Shown: piece after piece, positions 45,136-54,671 of the stretch | How positions within the stretch are numbered: position 1 is the stretch's first letter | Layout of the letters: each line of letters opens with the position of its first letter | NCBI GenBank assembly: GCA_965206595.1 | Contig: OZ242214.1 | Location: 896,001-960,000, forward strand | Origin: Candidatus Latescibacterota bacterium | GTDB taxonomy: Bacteria > Latescibacterota > UBA2968 > UBA8231 | Length of the DNA stretch: 64,000 nt | Reading direction: 5' to 3' | Program-made: the position numbers and the translations under genes | Notes under the pieces: generated by a model | Seen by the model: only the letters and a program-made list of their open reading frames with translations | Database searches by the model: none | Told to the model about the DNA's origin: nothing

Positions 45136-47856
45136 GTGAAAAGACCGGCTTTTTCCAACCGTGCTGCTCTGTTCGCCTTGACCGTCATCGCGGGTTCCGT
45201 TCCCGTTCTCGCGCAGCAGGACTATGGCTCGCGCCTGGGCACGCGCAAGGCGGACGTCTGGAGCTACCAACCCCAGGGGACCAGTGTGCTCACGGGCACT
45301 CTCGATCCGGCCATGCGCAAATGGTACGTGCCTGGCGAGCTCTACCAGGAATTCCGCTGGCGCCAGTGGGAGTACACCAACTACGCCCGCGAACCCTTCC
45401 AACGCTACGTCGACATCAATCTCGAGGGCGACTATTTCTACGATCTCTACGGCAATTACATCTCCAAAGGCTGGCTTATCTACAACCACAGCCAGAATCA
45501 ACCCCGGGCCCAGTTGGGAAATTCACTCTTCAAGGACGACAGGTTCAAAAATTGGTTCTCCGGTGTCCTGATCGCATCCGACCACAAGGGCCAGTACCAC
45601 ACGTCGTTGAGCATCGGGAGCTCACTGCGCACCGTTCTCACGCCGATGACCTTTTCCAAGCCCGACTTCGACGGTCTGCAATGGGACTTCGCCTCCGACA
45701 AGTACGAAGCCACCGTCCTCTATTCCCGCATCAACCTGCCTGGCGGCGAGAAGACCCCGACGGCTATCGAGCTGACCAACAACACCACCCTGTTCGGCGG
45801 CCGGGTGACCGCCCAGGTGGGGGATTTCATCAAGCTCGGCGCCAATTTGGTCAACGCGCATCAGTCCCACACCGACCTGGAGAGTTTCGAAGGCAGTCTC
45901 ATCAAGGGGGAATTGACCCAGGATCAGAACGGGTCCCCGGTCGAGTGGGTCGAGCTCATCCTGAGGGACGACTCGCCGGAAGACGGCGAGGGAGGGACCT
46001 CCTTTTTCGAGGGAGGCTCCGATCTCGTCATCACCTACATCGACGGAGAGCAGGAGACCGCCAGGCAGATCGGTTTCGAACCGGTGGTCCAGGGAGGGTT
46101 CGAGCGCACCGGCTTCAGGGCCGCGGACGGCAGTGAAGAGATCAGCGTGAGATACGATTTCGACAGCACCGGCCCCGCAGGTTTCGTGGACAATGCCCGC
46201 GGAGACAAATCGGAGATCGAACGGGTCCGCTTTCAACTGCCGGTCGGCAACGACTACCAGGTCTGGGTGAATTCCAATCGCCAGACCACCCATTTGGGCG
46301 GGGGGAGCGCGACTGCCGATCAGACCACGCCCCTGCTCGTGGCCCGGGCCGAGGGCAACGTCCAGGACAACTCCAACCTGCGCCTGCTCAGCTTCGATTA
46401 CGGCCTGCCAACGGGTACCCAGGTCGTCGGCGCTACTATCGAGATGACGGATGTGTTCGGCGTCAGCGTCTATGGCGAGTACGACGTGTCCTACAACTAC
46501 AGGATGTACCCCAACGCCAACCTGATAACCCATGACTCCTTCTCCGGCGTCAGGGGTGATCGCCGCGCCGACGCCTGGATGGTGAACCTTTCCAAACAGG
46601 CCTACCCATTTTTCCTCTTTGGTGAGGCCTTCAGCATGGATCACGATTACTCCACCAGCACGGTCACCACGAGCACCACGCCGCGGACGGGGTTCGTCGA
46701 CTACGGGAACCCGCGCTTCTTCTATGAATTCGTCGACGACAACGACGACCAGGACCGGATCCCCGACCTCGCGCGCAAAGGAGCGGGCAACGGCGACTTC
46801 GACATATTCCCCGGATGGGACGAAAACAACGACTTCATCTCCGACTTCAACCAGAACGACAACCGCCGCAGCGCACGACGCAACGAGTTTCCGGACTACG
46901 AAGAGCCCTTTCTCCGCTTCAATGTCGATCGACCGGAGTTCCTCTTCGGTCCCGACATGAACAACAACGGCTGGATCGACAGGTTCGAGAACGACAACGA
47001 GCCCGATTATCCCTACCGGCGGGATCACCGCGGCTACAACGTATATGCCGGCGCCAACATCACCCCGGAAATTCGAGCGATCGTCGGCCGCATGGACGAG
47101 CGCCTCCTCTCGGAAGACCGGCACAACGAGACCAACTACCTGCTCGCCACTTTCGACCGGGACTATCCGGGGTTCGGTCGTCTGCGCGTTTACGACATGG
47201 TCAAGCGCGCCCAGGACAACATTCGCGAGAACCTGCTGCAGTGGGCTTACCAGACCGCCGAGTCCGAAGGGCAACCAGTCAACATCACCGACCCCCTCCT
47301 GCTCGAGGACGGCTGGCACAACAGCCTGTGGTTGAATTTCGACTACACCGGGGTGCGGAGCCTGCGTTTCATCAACAAGGTCAAGTACGACCTGACCCAC
47401 ACCCAGCTCGGCAAGGAGGATCGCAGAATTCGCGGCCAGCTGCAGAACGAGCATTTCTTCGGCGTCATCAGCAAGGTCGGCTACGAGTTCAGCCTGGGCC
47501 GGATGAAACTGGAGCCGCGATGGAAGAGCGAGTACCGGAACCAGACGCGCGATCATGCCGCGGTCGGTGAGCGCGAAGAGCTCACGGAGCTGTTCTCCGT
47601 GCTCGCTCGCTTCCCCATCCTGAGGAGCTCCTATGTCGAGGCGGGGGTGGAGTACATCCAGTTCAGGGATCTGCGGCAGGATCTCAACGATCTGAACAAT
47701 CGGGTCCTCGCCGTGCAGTTCACCAACACCAGGGATTATCTGGGCTACAAACTGAGCACCCAGATGGGGGTCAAGTTCGACCGGCGCGACCCCGAAAACG
47801 GGCCGGCCAGGAGCCTGCAGAGCAGCTTCATCAGCGTTTTCGCCGGGCTGGAGTGA
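45136..47856 (+). CDS. Family A paralogue 4 (906 aa)
   Basis: AGGAGG RBS, GTG start, signal peptide; EGDYFYDLYG, DDSPEDGEGG, YEFVDDNDDQDRIPD, FPGWDENNDFISDFNQNDN; ends SFISVFAGLE. Confidence 0.9.
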   Translation: MKRPAFSNRAALFALTVIAGSVPVLAQQDYGSRLGTRKADVWSYQPQGTSVLTGTLDPAMRKWYVPGELYQEFRWRQWEYTNYAREPFQRYVDINLEGDYFYDLYGNYISKGWLIYNHSQNQPRAQLGNSLFKDDRFKNWFSGVLIASDHKGQYHTSLSIGSSLRTVLTPMTFSKPDFDGLQWDFASDKYEATVLYSRINLPGGEKTPTAIELTNNTTLFGGRVTAQVGDFIKLGANLVNAHQSHTDLESFEGSLIKGELTQDQNGSPVEWVELILRDDSPEDGEGGTSFFEGGSDLVITYIDGEQETARQIGFEPVVQGGFERTGFRAADGSEEISVRYDFDSTGPAGFVDNARGDKSEIERVRFQLPVGNDYQVWVNSNRQTTHLGGGSATADQTTPLLVARAEGNVQDNSNLRLLSFDYGLPTGTQVVGATIEMTDVFGVSVYGEYDVSYNYRMYPNANLITHDSFSGVRGDRRADAWMVNLSKQAYPFFLFGEAFSMDHDYSTSTVTTSTTPRTGFVDYGNPRFFYEFVDDNDDQDRIPDLARKGAGNGDFDIFPGWDENNDFISDFNQNDNRRSARRNEFPDYEEPFLRFNVDRPEFLFGPDMNNNGWIDRFENDNEPDYPYRRDHRGYNVYAGANITPEIRAIVGRMDERLLSEDRHNETNYLLATFDRDYPGFGRLRVYDMVKRAQDNIRENLLQWAYQTAESEGQPVNITDPLLLEDGWHNSLWLNFDYTGVRSLRFINKVKYDLTHTQLGKEDRRIRGQLQNEHFFGVISKVGYEFSLGRMKLEPRWKSEYRNQTRDHAAVGEREELTELFSVLARFPILRSSYVEAGVEYIQFRDLRQDLNDLNNRVLAVQFTNTRDYLGYKLSTQMGVKFDRRDPENGPARSLQSSFISVFAGLE

Positions 47857-47868
47857 ATTGAGGGATAT

Positions 47869-50169
47869 TTGATTCGAAGAATAGTTCCGGGTTGTCTCCT
47901 CTTCGTCGTCGCCTGCGCCGACACCCCTCCCGGCGAACAGGCCGACGCCCCCTCGGCGGTCATTGCCCGGGTCGTTGAGGAGTCCATCGACAGGCGCGAA
48001 GTCGAGGAGTTCGCCGCTTCGCTGTTGCCGGGATTGCGCACTGAGAAGGGCGGGGATGCCGCCCGACGCGACTACCTGCAGACGCTCATCGACGAAAAGC
48101 TGCTGGTGCTCGAAGCCCGCCGTCGGGGAATCGACACCACCAGCGCGTTTCAGGCCGGCTACCAGTACGCGGTTCGAAGGCACGTAGTCGATCAGTACGA
48201 GAGACGCCACCTCCACCCTCTCGTCAGCATCACCGGGCAGGAGGTGCGGGCGCGTCTCGCCAGGGACGGACTCGACCGCGAGAGGCTCCTGAGCTGGATA
48301 GTTGTGGAGACCGAAGAGCAGGCCGCCCGTCTTCGCCGGCGCCTGGAAGAGGGGGCCGATTTCGCCGAGCTGGCGCGGCTCCACTCGATCGATGAGCGGT
48401 TTGTCGACACGGGTGGGGAAGTCGGTTTTGTCGACGGATCCGTGGCTGGCCGGGCGGGTATTCCCGTCGAGCTTTTCCGCGAGCTGGAATCGGGCGAAGT
48501 CTCGGAGCCGCTGCCATCGCGCGGAGCTTATCTCCTGGTCCGCTTTACCCGGGAGCGGGAAGAGATCTCACCCAGGAACCGCCGCATGGCGCGCGCCGAT
48601 CTCGGGAAGGAGAAACTGGCGGTCGAAAGGCGGGCGCTGGTCGAGGAATTGGCCTACGAATCAGGCCTTTCGCTGAAACCGGAGGGACTGGCGATCCTGG
48701 TGGGCAAGGAGCCTGGTGGAACGTCGCGGCCACAGCTCACGCCTGCCGAGGCGGCCGCCACGCTCTTTACCTACGAAGGGGGAGAAATAACCGTCGGTGA
48801 CTACGACTGGGCGTTTCGCCATCTCGGACGCAAGCCCGGGCTTGGGGACAGTGTCGCCGTGGTGGAGGCCGCCCGGGTCTGGGTACTGCCCGACATCATG
48901 ATCTGGGAGGCGGCTCGGAAGCTGGCCTATCACGAGACCCCCTCAGTGCTCGAATGGAAAAAACGCAAGGAAGTCGAGCTCCTGCTGATGGCTCTGCGCC
49001 GGACGGTCCGCGACCAGGTGGAGGTCAGCGAGGAGGATGCCAGGCAGTTCTATCTCGATCACTCCGGCCTGTTCGTCGAGTCCTCCCAGATCTGGATCCA
49101 GGAGATTCTCGTGGATGATCCGGACGCGGCCACCGTCGTGCGTCAACGGTTGGAGTCGGGAGAACCGTTCGAGGACCTGGCACATCTGACCGAGCGATCG
49201 GGTACCGAGGACGGGAATCTGCACTTGCACGGGCATCAGCGGGCCCGGTACGGGGAGCTGGTGGACCGGGCGCTCGCCGCGGATGTGGGTCAGTTCGTCG
49301 GTCCAGTGCAAGTCCCGCAGGGCTATTCCGTCTTCCGTGTGCAGGACAGGAGGGTGGGCCAATTGCAACCTTTCGCCGCGGCTGAAAGAAGGGCGACGGC
49401 CTCCCTTCGGGTGATGAGAGAGGAAGAGCTGTTCAACAGCCTGGTCGCCGAAGTGCGGGAGAAGTATGCGGATCGGGTGCGAATCTTCGAGCCGGAACTC
49501 GGCGCCATACAGCTTCCCGAGGATGACTTGAGGCAGCTGGCAGCGCGGGACAGCGTCTACGACCTGGGCATCGCCCACGCTCAGAAGGGCCGCACAGCGG
49601 AGGCTATCGAGGCTTTTCGGACGGCCATCCGCATCGATTCGACGTTTCTCTCTTCCTACCATGACCTCGCGCTCGCGCACGCGGCCGAGGGAGACTTCGA
49701 GGCCGCGTACGCCGAAATGGAAAACGCCCTTCGCGTGGGCGGGGAAGGATCCGCCTACACGTACCGCCTGTTGGCCTTTTTCCATTCCAATCAGGGACGC
49801 TACGAAGAGGCGGAAAAAGCCCTGTGGCAGGCCACCGAAGTCGATTCGAACGGCGAGGAAGCGCATTACGAGCTCGGAGTCCTGTACAACAGACAAGGTC
49901 GTCCCGGGGAGGCTGAAAGTTCGTTCATGCAGGCTTTGAGGCTCGATCCAGCTTACAAGGAAGTGTGGAATGAGCTCGGCGGACTCTATACGAACGCAGG
50001 ACGCCATGACGAAGCGGACAGGGCCTTGAGGCGGGCCCTTGAAATCGATTCGGGCTATGCGCAGGCCTACTACAATCTGTCCCAACTGCGCTCGGCGCAG
50101 GGCCAGGCGGAGGAGGCAACGGCCCTGCTAAAGCGTTTCGAGAGCCTGTCCGGCAGCCCGGCAAAGTAA
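47869..50169 (+). CDS. SurA/PpiC-type peptidyl-prolyl isomerase lipoprotein with C-terminal TPRs
   Basis: Lipobox-like FVVAC; LIDEKLL, GADFAELARLHSID...GGEVGF, a second rotamase-like unit, then TPR helices (YELGVLY, WNELGGLY, AYYNLS). Confidence 0.85.
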   Translation: MIRRIVPGCLLFVVACADTPPGEQADAPSAVIARVVEESIDRREVEEFAASLLPGLRTEKGGDAARRDYLQTLIDEKLLVLEARRRGIDTTSAFQAGYQYAVRRHVVDQYERRHLHPLVSITGQEVRARLARDGLDRERLLSWIVVETEEQAARLRRRLEEGADFAELARLHSIDERFVDTGGEVGFVDGSVAGRAGIPVELFRELESGEVSEPLPSRGAYLLVRFTREREEISPRNRRMARADLGKEKLAVERRALVEELAYESGLSLKPEGLAILVGKEPGGTSRPQLTPAEAAATLFTYEGGEITVGDYDWAFRHLGRKPGLGDSVAVVEAARVWVLPDIMIWEAARKLAYHETPSVLEWKKRKEVELLLMALRRTVRDQVEVSEEDARQFYLDHSGLFVESSQIWIQEILVDDPDAATVVRQRLESGEPFEDLAHLTERSGTEDGNLHLHGHQRARYGELVDRALAADVGQFVGPVQVPQGYSVFRVQDRRVGQLQPFAAAERRATASLRVMREEELFNSLVAEVREKYADRVRIFEPELGAIQLPEDDLRQLAARDSVYDLGIAHAQKGRTAEAIEAFRTAIRIDSTFLSSYHDLALAHAAEGDFEAAYAEMENALRVGGEGSAYTYRLLAFFHSNQGRYEEAEKALWQATEVDSNGEEAHYELGVLYNRQGRPGEAESSFMQALRLDPAYKEVWNELGGLYTNAGRHDEADRALRRALEIDSGYAQAYYNLSQLRSAQGQAEEATALLKRFESLSGSPAK

Positions 50170-50187
50170 AAAACGGAGGATCGTGCC

Positions 50188-50580
50188 ATGAGAGTGCTGA
50201 TTTTCCTGACCGTGCTGCTCTCGTCGTTCGTTTTTTCCGACTGTGGCGGAAGAAAGTTGGTCGACAGCGGTGGAGGGGGTGACGACGAAATCCTGTTTTT
50301 GAACGAAACCCCCGAGAACGTCTACCGGATCACGGTGGTGGGTACCACTGCGGACTTCACCCTCCGAGCATCTTCCCGCAAGGCCGTAAAGGTTCCGGTG
50401 GAAGAAGACCATCCTGGCTTCAACGTCAATATCGAGAAGATCGAGGGCGAGGTCGGTGAGGCGCGAAAAACGCTGTTCGGCGTCAAGCCGGGTGAAACGG
50501 TTCGCATTTCCTTCGAGGCGGGCACCACGAGCGGAGGGGAGCTGGGTGCGGGTCTGGTTTCCATCGAGGTCGTGTTCTGA
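50188..50580 (+). CDS. Small putative lipoprotein
   Basis: GGAGG RBS; hydrophobic N-terminus ending FVFSDC; beta-rich body. Confidence 0.7.
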   Translation: MRVLIFLTVLLSSFVFSDCGGRKLVDSGGGGDDEILFLNETPENVYRITVVGTTADFTLRASSRKAVKVPVEEDHPGFNVNIEKIEGEVGEARKTLFGVKPGETVRISFEAGTTSGGELGAGLVSIEVVF

Positions 50581-50593
50581 CAAAGCGGCACTA

Positions 50594-52882
50594 GTGCCGA
50601 GGGACACTGACAACACACACTCCGCGAACCTGGTCGTCCGACTGACCAGGAGGGCGAAACGGCTTTACCAGGAGTGCTCGCGCCGAACGTGGTGCGGTGC
50701 CGTGCTGCTGTTCTCGTTCGCCCTCCTCTGGCGCGCGCTCTACCTCTACCAGATGGCGGCTCGGAGTCCATTCTTCGATGCCCCCATGGTGGATGCACAG
50801 ACCTATTCCCAGCAAGCGGAACAGCTCGCCGCGACGTTCAGCCTGGGAGACGGGCCGTTCACATGGCCGCCGCTCTATCCCGCCTTCCTGGGCATTCTCT
50901 ACTGGCTCTTCGGGGCTGATTTTTACGCCTGCCGCCTGATCCAGTTCAGCCTGGGCGCGCTCAGCGTCGTACTCCTCTACCTGATCGGCCGGCGGGTATT
51001 TTCCCCGGGCATCGGTCTGGCCGCCGGGGCCGTGGCCGCGGTGTACGGACCGCTGATCTACTTCGAGGGGGAACTTCTGCCCCCGGTGCTGGCCATTATG
51101 CTCAATTCGAGCCTCGTACTCTTTCTCCTTCGCGCAGGTACCGTCAGACATCCCTGGTCCTGTCTTGCTGCCGGACTCCTGCTGGGCGTGGCCGGCCTCG
51201 CCGTTGCCCATGTGTTCCTCTTCGGCCTGGGGGTGGCCGGATGGATTTTCCGGCGCAGAGATATGGGGCTGCCTGCCCGGCTCGGCCGCGTCCTGTTGCT
51301 GGCCCTGGGGATGCTTCTCGTCATCGGCGGCACGACGTGGCGAAACTACCACAAGGGTGGCGACCTGGTCCTGCTCTCCTCGGACTCGGGCTTGAATTTT
51401 TATCTGGGCAACAACCCGGATCAGGCGCGAACGGTCAGGTTGGGACCGGGCGCGGAGTGGGATGAGCTGGTCCGGCAGCCGGTCCGGCAGGGACTGGAAA
51501 AACCCTCGGAACAATCGGCCTATTTCTGGCGGGCGGCGGCCTCGTTCGTCAGAGAGGAGCCGGCAGCCTGTCTGCGGTCTCTGGCCACGAAAGCGTTCGA
51601 CTTCTGGCAGGGAGGCGAAATCGGGCGTCACACCGATATCTATTTTGCCCGCGCCCATTCCGCGTTGCTGGCCGGGCTGGTGTGGCATCACTGGCTCGCC
51701 TTCCCGTTCGGCATCGTTGGCCCGTTGGCGCTGGTCGGACTGCTGCTGGCCATCGTCGAAAGACGAGCGGGTCTGATCGTATTGTTTGTCCTGTGTTATG
51801 CAGGAGCGGTCGTCGCCTTCTCGGTGACCGCCCGCTACCGTCTCCCCGCGGTGCCGATGTTGATCCTGCTGGCCTGCTACGCGGGCGCGTGGTTGAAGGA
51901 CCAGGTGTCGGCCAGGCAGTGGCGGAACGTGTTGCCGGCGGCAGGTCTCCTCCTCCTTGTCGCGTGGCCGCTGAACGCAAGAGCCATCACGCTGGCGGAC
52001 GACGCCCAGGACCGGTATTACGCCGGACTGGCCTACGCCCGCAAAGGTATGCCGGCGAGGGCGACCTTGGAGCTGCGAAGAGCCCTCGACTTGGATGAAG
52101 GTCACTACGATGCACGCCTGAAGTTGGGTGAGCTCCTGGTCGATCTCGACAACCCCGCTGAGGCTCGAGAACAATTCCGGCTGCTGGCACAACGTTTTCC
52201 GCTGCGGGCGGATCCCCGGCGCAATCTGGCCAATCTCTATCTCGAGGAGAAGAGAATCGAAGAGGCCGTGGTCCTCTTCGAGGAGATCGTCGACCTGGAA
52301 CCGACAGCTGCCCGCTCACACTTTGGCTTGGCCGGGGCCCTGCGTCTGGCGGGACGCCTGGAGGCAGCCAGGGACTCCTACCTGAAGGCCGTGGAACTGG
52401 ACCCCGATCATTTTGAAGCCGGGTATCATCTGGCAGTCCTCTACCAGCAGGAGGGACGGTGGCGGGAAGCGGAGCACGTGTACCTGCTGCTCCTGCAGCA
52501 GCAGCCCGGGCATGACGACGTGCGCAACAATCTGGGATACAGCTACCTGAGACGGCGGGAATTCCCGGCGGCTGCTGCGGAGTTTTCCCATGTTCTCGAC
52601 AGCAACCCGGATCACGTGCTTGCTCGCCGGAATCTGGCCATTGCCTACGAAGGGCTGGAACGCAACCGCGAGGCGGTGCGGGAGTACGAGCGTCTCATCC
52701 AGCAGGGGGAAGAGATCGAGGTGTACAATCATCTGAGCCGTCTCTACGGCAAGATGGGGCAACCGGAAAAAGCCGAGGAGGCACGGCAGAAGCACCGGAT
52801 GGTGCTGCGGCGCGAGGAAATTTTCGGAGAGTTGCGCGAGCTCGCAGAGCAGATGTTCCAGGGAGCTCCAGGAGCCCGATGA
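50594..52882 (+). CDS. GT-C (ArnT/PMT-like, family 39-like) membrane glycosyltransferase with C-terminal TPRs
   Basis: DAQTY, PPLYPAFL, GLNFYLGNNP, RYRLP motifs, many TM helices, then TPRs; start approximate. Confidence 0.85.
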   Translation: MPRDTDNTHSANLVVRLTRRAKRLYQECSRRTWCGAVLLFSFALLWRALYLYQMAARSPFFDAPMVDAQTYSQQAEQLAATFSLGDGPFTWPPLYPAFLGILYWLFGADFYACRLIQFSLGALSVVLLYLIGRRVFSPGIGLAAGAVAAVYGPLIYFEGELLPPVLAIMLNSSLVLFLLRAGTVRHPWSCLAAGLLLGVAGLAVAHVFLFGLGVAGWIFRRRDMGLPARLGRVLLLALGMLLVIGGTTWRNYHKGGDLVLLSSDSGLNFYLGNNPDQARTVRLGPGAEWDELVRQPVRQGLEKPSEQSAYFWRAAASFVREEPAACLRSLATKAFDFWQGGEIGRHTDIYFARAHSALLAGLVWHHWLAFPFGIVGPLALVGLLLAIVERRAGLIVLFVLCYAGAVVAFSVTARYRLPAVPMLILLACYAGAWLKDQVSARQWRNVLPAAGLLLLVAWPLNARAITLADDAQDRYYAGLAYARKGMPARATLELRRALDLDEGHYDARLKLGELLVDLDNPAEAREQFRLLAQRFPLRADPRRNLANLYLEEKRIEEAVVLFEEIVDLEPTAARSHFGLAGALRLAGRLEAARDSYLKAVELDPDHFEAGYHLAVLYQQEGRWREAEHVYLLLLQQQPGHDDVRNNLGYSYLRRREFPAAAAEFSHVLDSNPDHVLARRNLAIAYEGLERNREAVREYERLIQQGEEIEVYNHLSRLYGKMGQPEKAEEARQKHRMVLRREEIFGELRELAEQMFQGAPGAR

Positions 52883-53010
52883 AACTGAATCGCTCCGGTT
52901 CAGGGATTCCTTCCTCAGGGATGGCGCCGGAAGCCAGATCGCCGGGTGCGCGAAGGAAGATGTCCCTTGACAGCGCAGACAGGTGGAAACCCTGCAACAG
53001 GCAGTTGACA

Positions 53011-54588
53011 ATGAAAGCTACCGCCCGTTTGGCACACAGACTCTTTACCGGATTGTTGGGACTTGCCCTGAGCACAGGCCTGCAGGCCCAAGCCAAGCCT
53101 CAGCGAACAACCCAGGAAATTGCGGCCCTCAAGAAACAGTACTGCGGTGGCTGCCATTTCCCCCCTCCGGCGAATCTAATGCCTAAAAAAGACTGGCCCA
53201 GAGTGATTAAAGCCATGCAGGACCTGACCATAGAGCGCGATGGCCGCCCTTTCTTCCCCGACGATGTGCTCAGGGATCTTACCGCTTTCTACTACGACAG
53301 TGCTCCGGCCGAGCTGCCCAGGCTGCCCTATTTCGACAACACTGACAGTCCAGTTGCTTTCCACATGAGAGAGATCGGCGAGAAATCGGTGTTGCCATCG
53401 GTGATCAAAATCAGCAGCACCGATTTGAACAGCGACGACAAATTGGAATTTCTGCTGTGTGACGGAGAGAGCAATCAGGTAAACCTGTTGCAACAGGTCG
53501 AGGGCCAATGGCAGGAATCGAAACTGGCGGATGTGGCTATTCCAGTGAACACCGAGGTGGTGGACTATGACGCGGATGGCGACAAGGATATCCTGGTGGC
53601 GGCGTTGGGTTATTACCCCCCATCAGACGAGCTGGCCGGCAGGGTGGTGGTATTGGAACAGACCAGGCTCGATCAATTTGAGAAAAAGATCCTTCTGGAG
53701 GGGGTGGGTCGCATCACCGATGTTCGCAGCGCTGATATAGACAAGGACGGCGACCTGGATATTGCCGTGGCAATTTTCGGCGGCAATACTGTGGGAGAAC
53801 TGGCCTGGCTGGAAAATCGCGGCGAGGGCCAGTATCAAAAACATACCATGGTGAATACTCGCGGCGGCTTGAACCTCACGCCCACAGACCTCAACGGCGA
53901 TGACATGGTGGACTTTGTCAGTTTTGTCTCCCAGGAGTATGAGGCCATAATCGGCATCGTCAATCTGGGCGATGGCAAGTTTAAATCCGACACCTTGACT
54001 CAAGCCCCGCATCCCATGTTCGGCTCCACCGGCATGAGCCTGGCCGACCTGGACAGTGACGGCGATCAGGATATCGTCTTTACCAACGGCGACAACTACG
54101 ATCTGCAGTGGGACCCCAAACCGTATCACGGGGTGCAGTGGCTGGAAAATCTCGGCAGCTTGAAGTTGACGGGAGCCGCCGGCGCCGGCTCCGAGGGCGA
54201 GGTGTTCTACGCTATTCAGTATCACGAAATCGGCCGCTTTTACGGTGCCGTGGATGCGGTGGTTGGAGATTTGGACAAGGATGGGGATATGGACATTGTC
54301 GCCAGCAGCTGGTCCAATTACTGGGAGGATCCCAGGCGCCAGAGCCTGATCTGGTTTGAAAATGACGGCTCGCAGAGGTTCAAGCGCCACAATATTGCCA
54401 AGCGTCCGCAAAGTGTAGTTTCACTGGACCTGCGTGATATCAACAATGACGAGCGGCTGGATATTATTGCCGGGGTATTCCGGGTAGACCTGCTGATGAA
54501 TGTGTTGAGGGATCCGAAAAATGGTTTGGGTGAGGAAACAGGCCCCAAAACACGGGTGATTGTCTTGGAAAACAAACCAGCGAGATAA
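53011..54588 (+). CDS. Secreted FG-GAP/VCBS repeat protein with N-terminal c-type heme motif
   Basis: Signal peptide; YCGGCH(FPP); repeats DYDADGDKDI, DIDKDGDLDI, DLNGDDMVDF, DLDSDGDQDI, DLDKDGDMDI. Confidence 0.85.
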   Translation: MKATARLAHRLFTGLLGLALSTGLQAQAKPQRTTQEIAALKKQYCGGCHFPPPANLMPKKDWPRVIKAMQDLTIERDGRPFFPDDVLRDLTAFYYDSAPAELPRLPYFDNTDSPVAFHMREIGEKSVLPSVIKISSTDLNSDDKLEFLLCDGESNQVNLLQQVEGQWQESKLADVAIPVNTEVVDYDADGDKDILVAALGYYPPSDELAGRVVVLEQTRLDQFEKKILLEGVGRITDVRSADIDKDGDLDIAVAIFGGNTVGELAWLENRGEGQYQKHTMVNTRGGLNLTPTDLNGDDMVDFVSFVSQEYEAIIGIVNLGDGKFKSDTLTQAPHPMFGSTGMSLADLDSDGDQDIVFTNGDNYDLQWDPKPYHGVQWLENLGSLKLTGAAGAGSEGEVFYAIQYHEIGRFYGAVDAVVGDLDKDGDMDIVASSWSNYWEDPRRQSLIWFENDGSQRFKRHNIAKRPQSVVSLDLRDINNDERLDIIAGVFRVDLLMNVLRDPKNGLGEETGPKTRVIVLENKPAR

Positions 54589-54671
54589 AGAAGAAGAAGA
54601 AGAAGGCGGGAATATCTGGAGCACGCCAGCTCGCATCATCGGCGCTGTCCACTGCACGATGTGGCCGCGCA

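Noticed and set aside
54588-54605. (AAG)6 microsatellite
   Set aside because: It lies between convergent stop codons, with no evident effect on coding or promoters.
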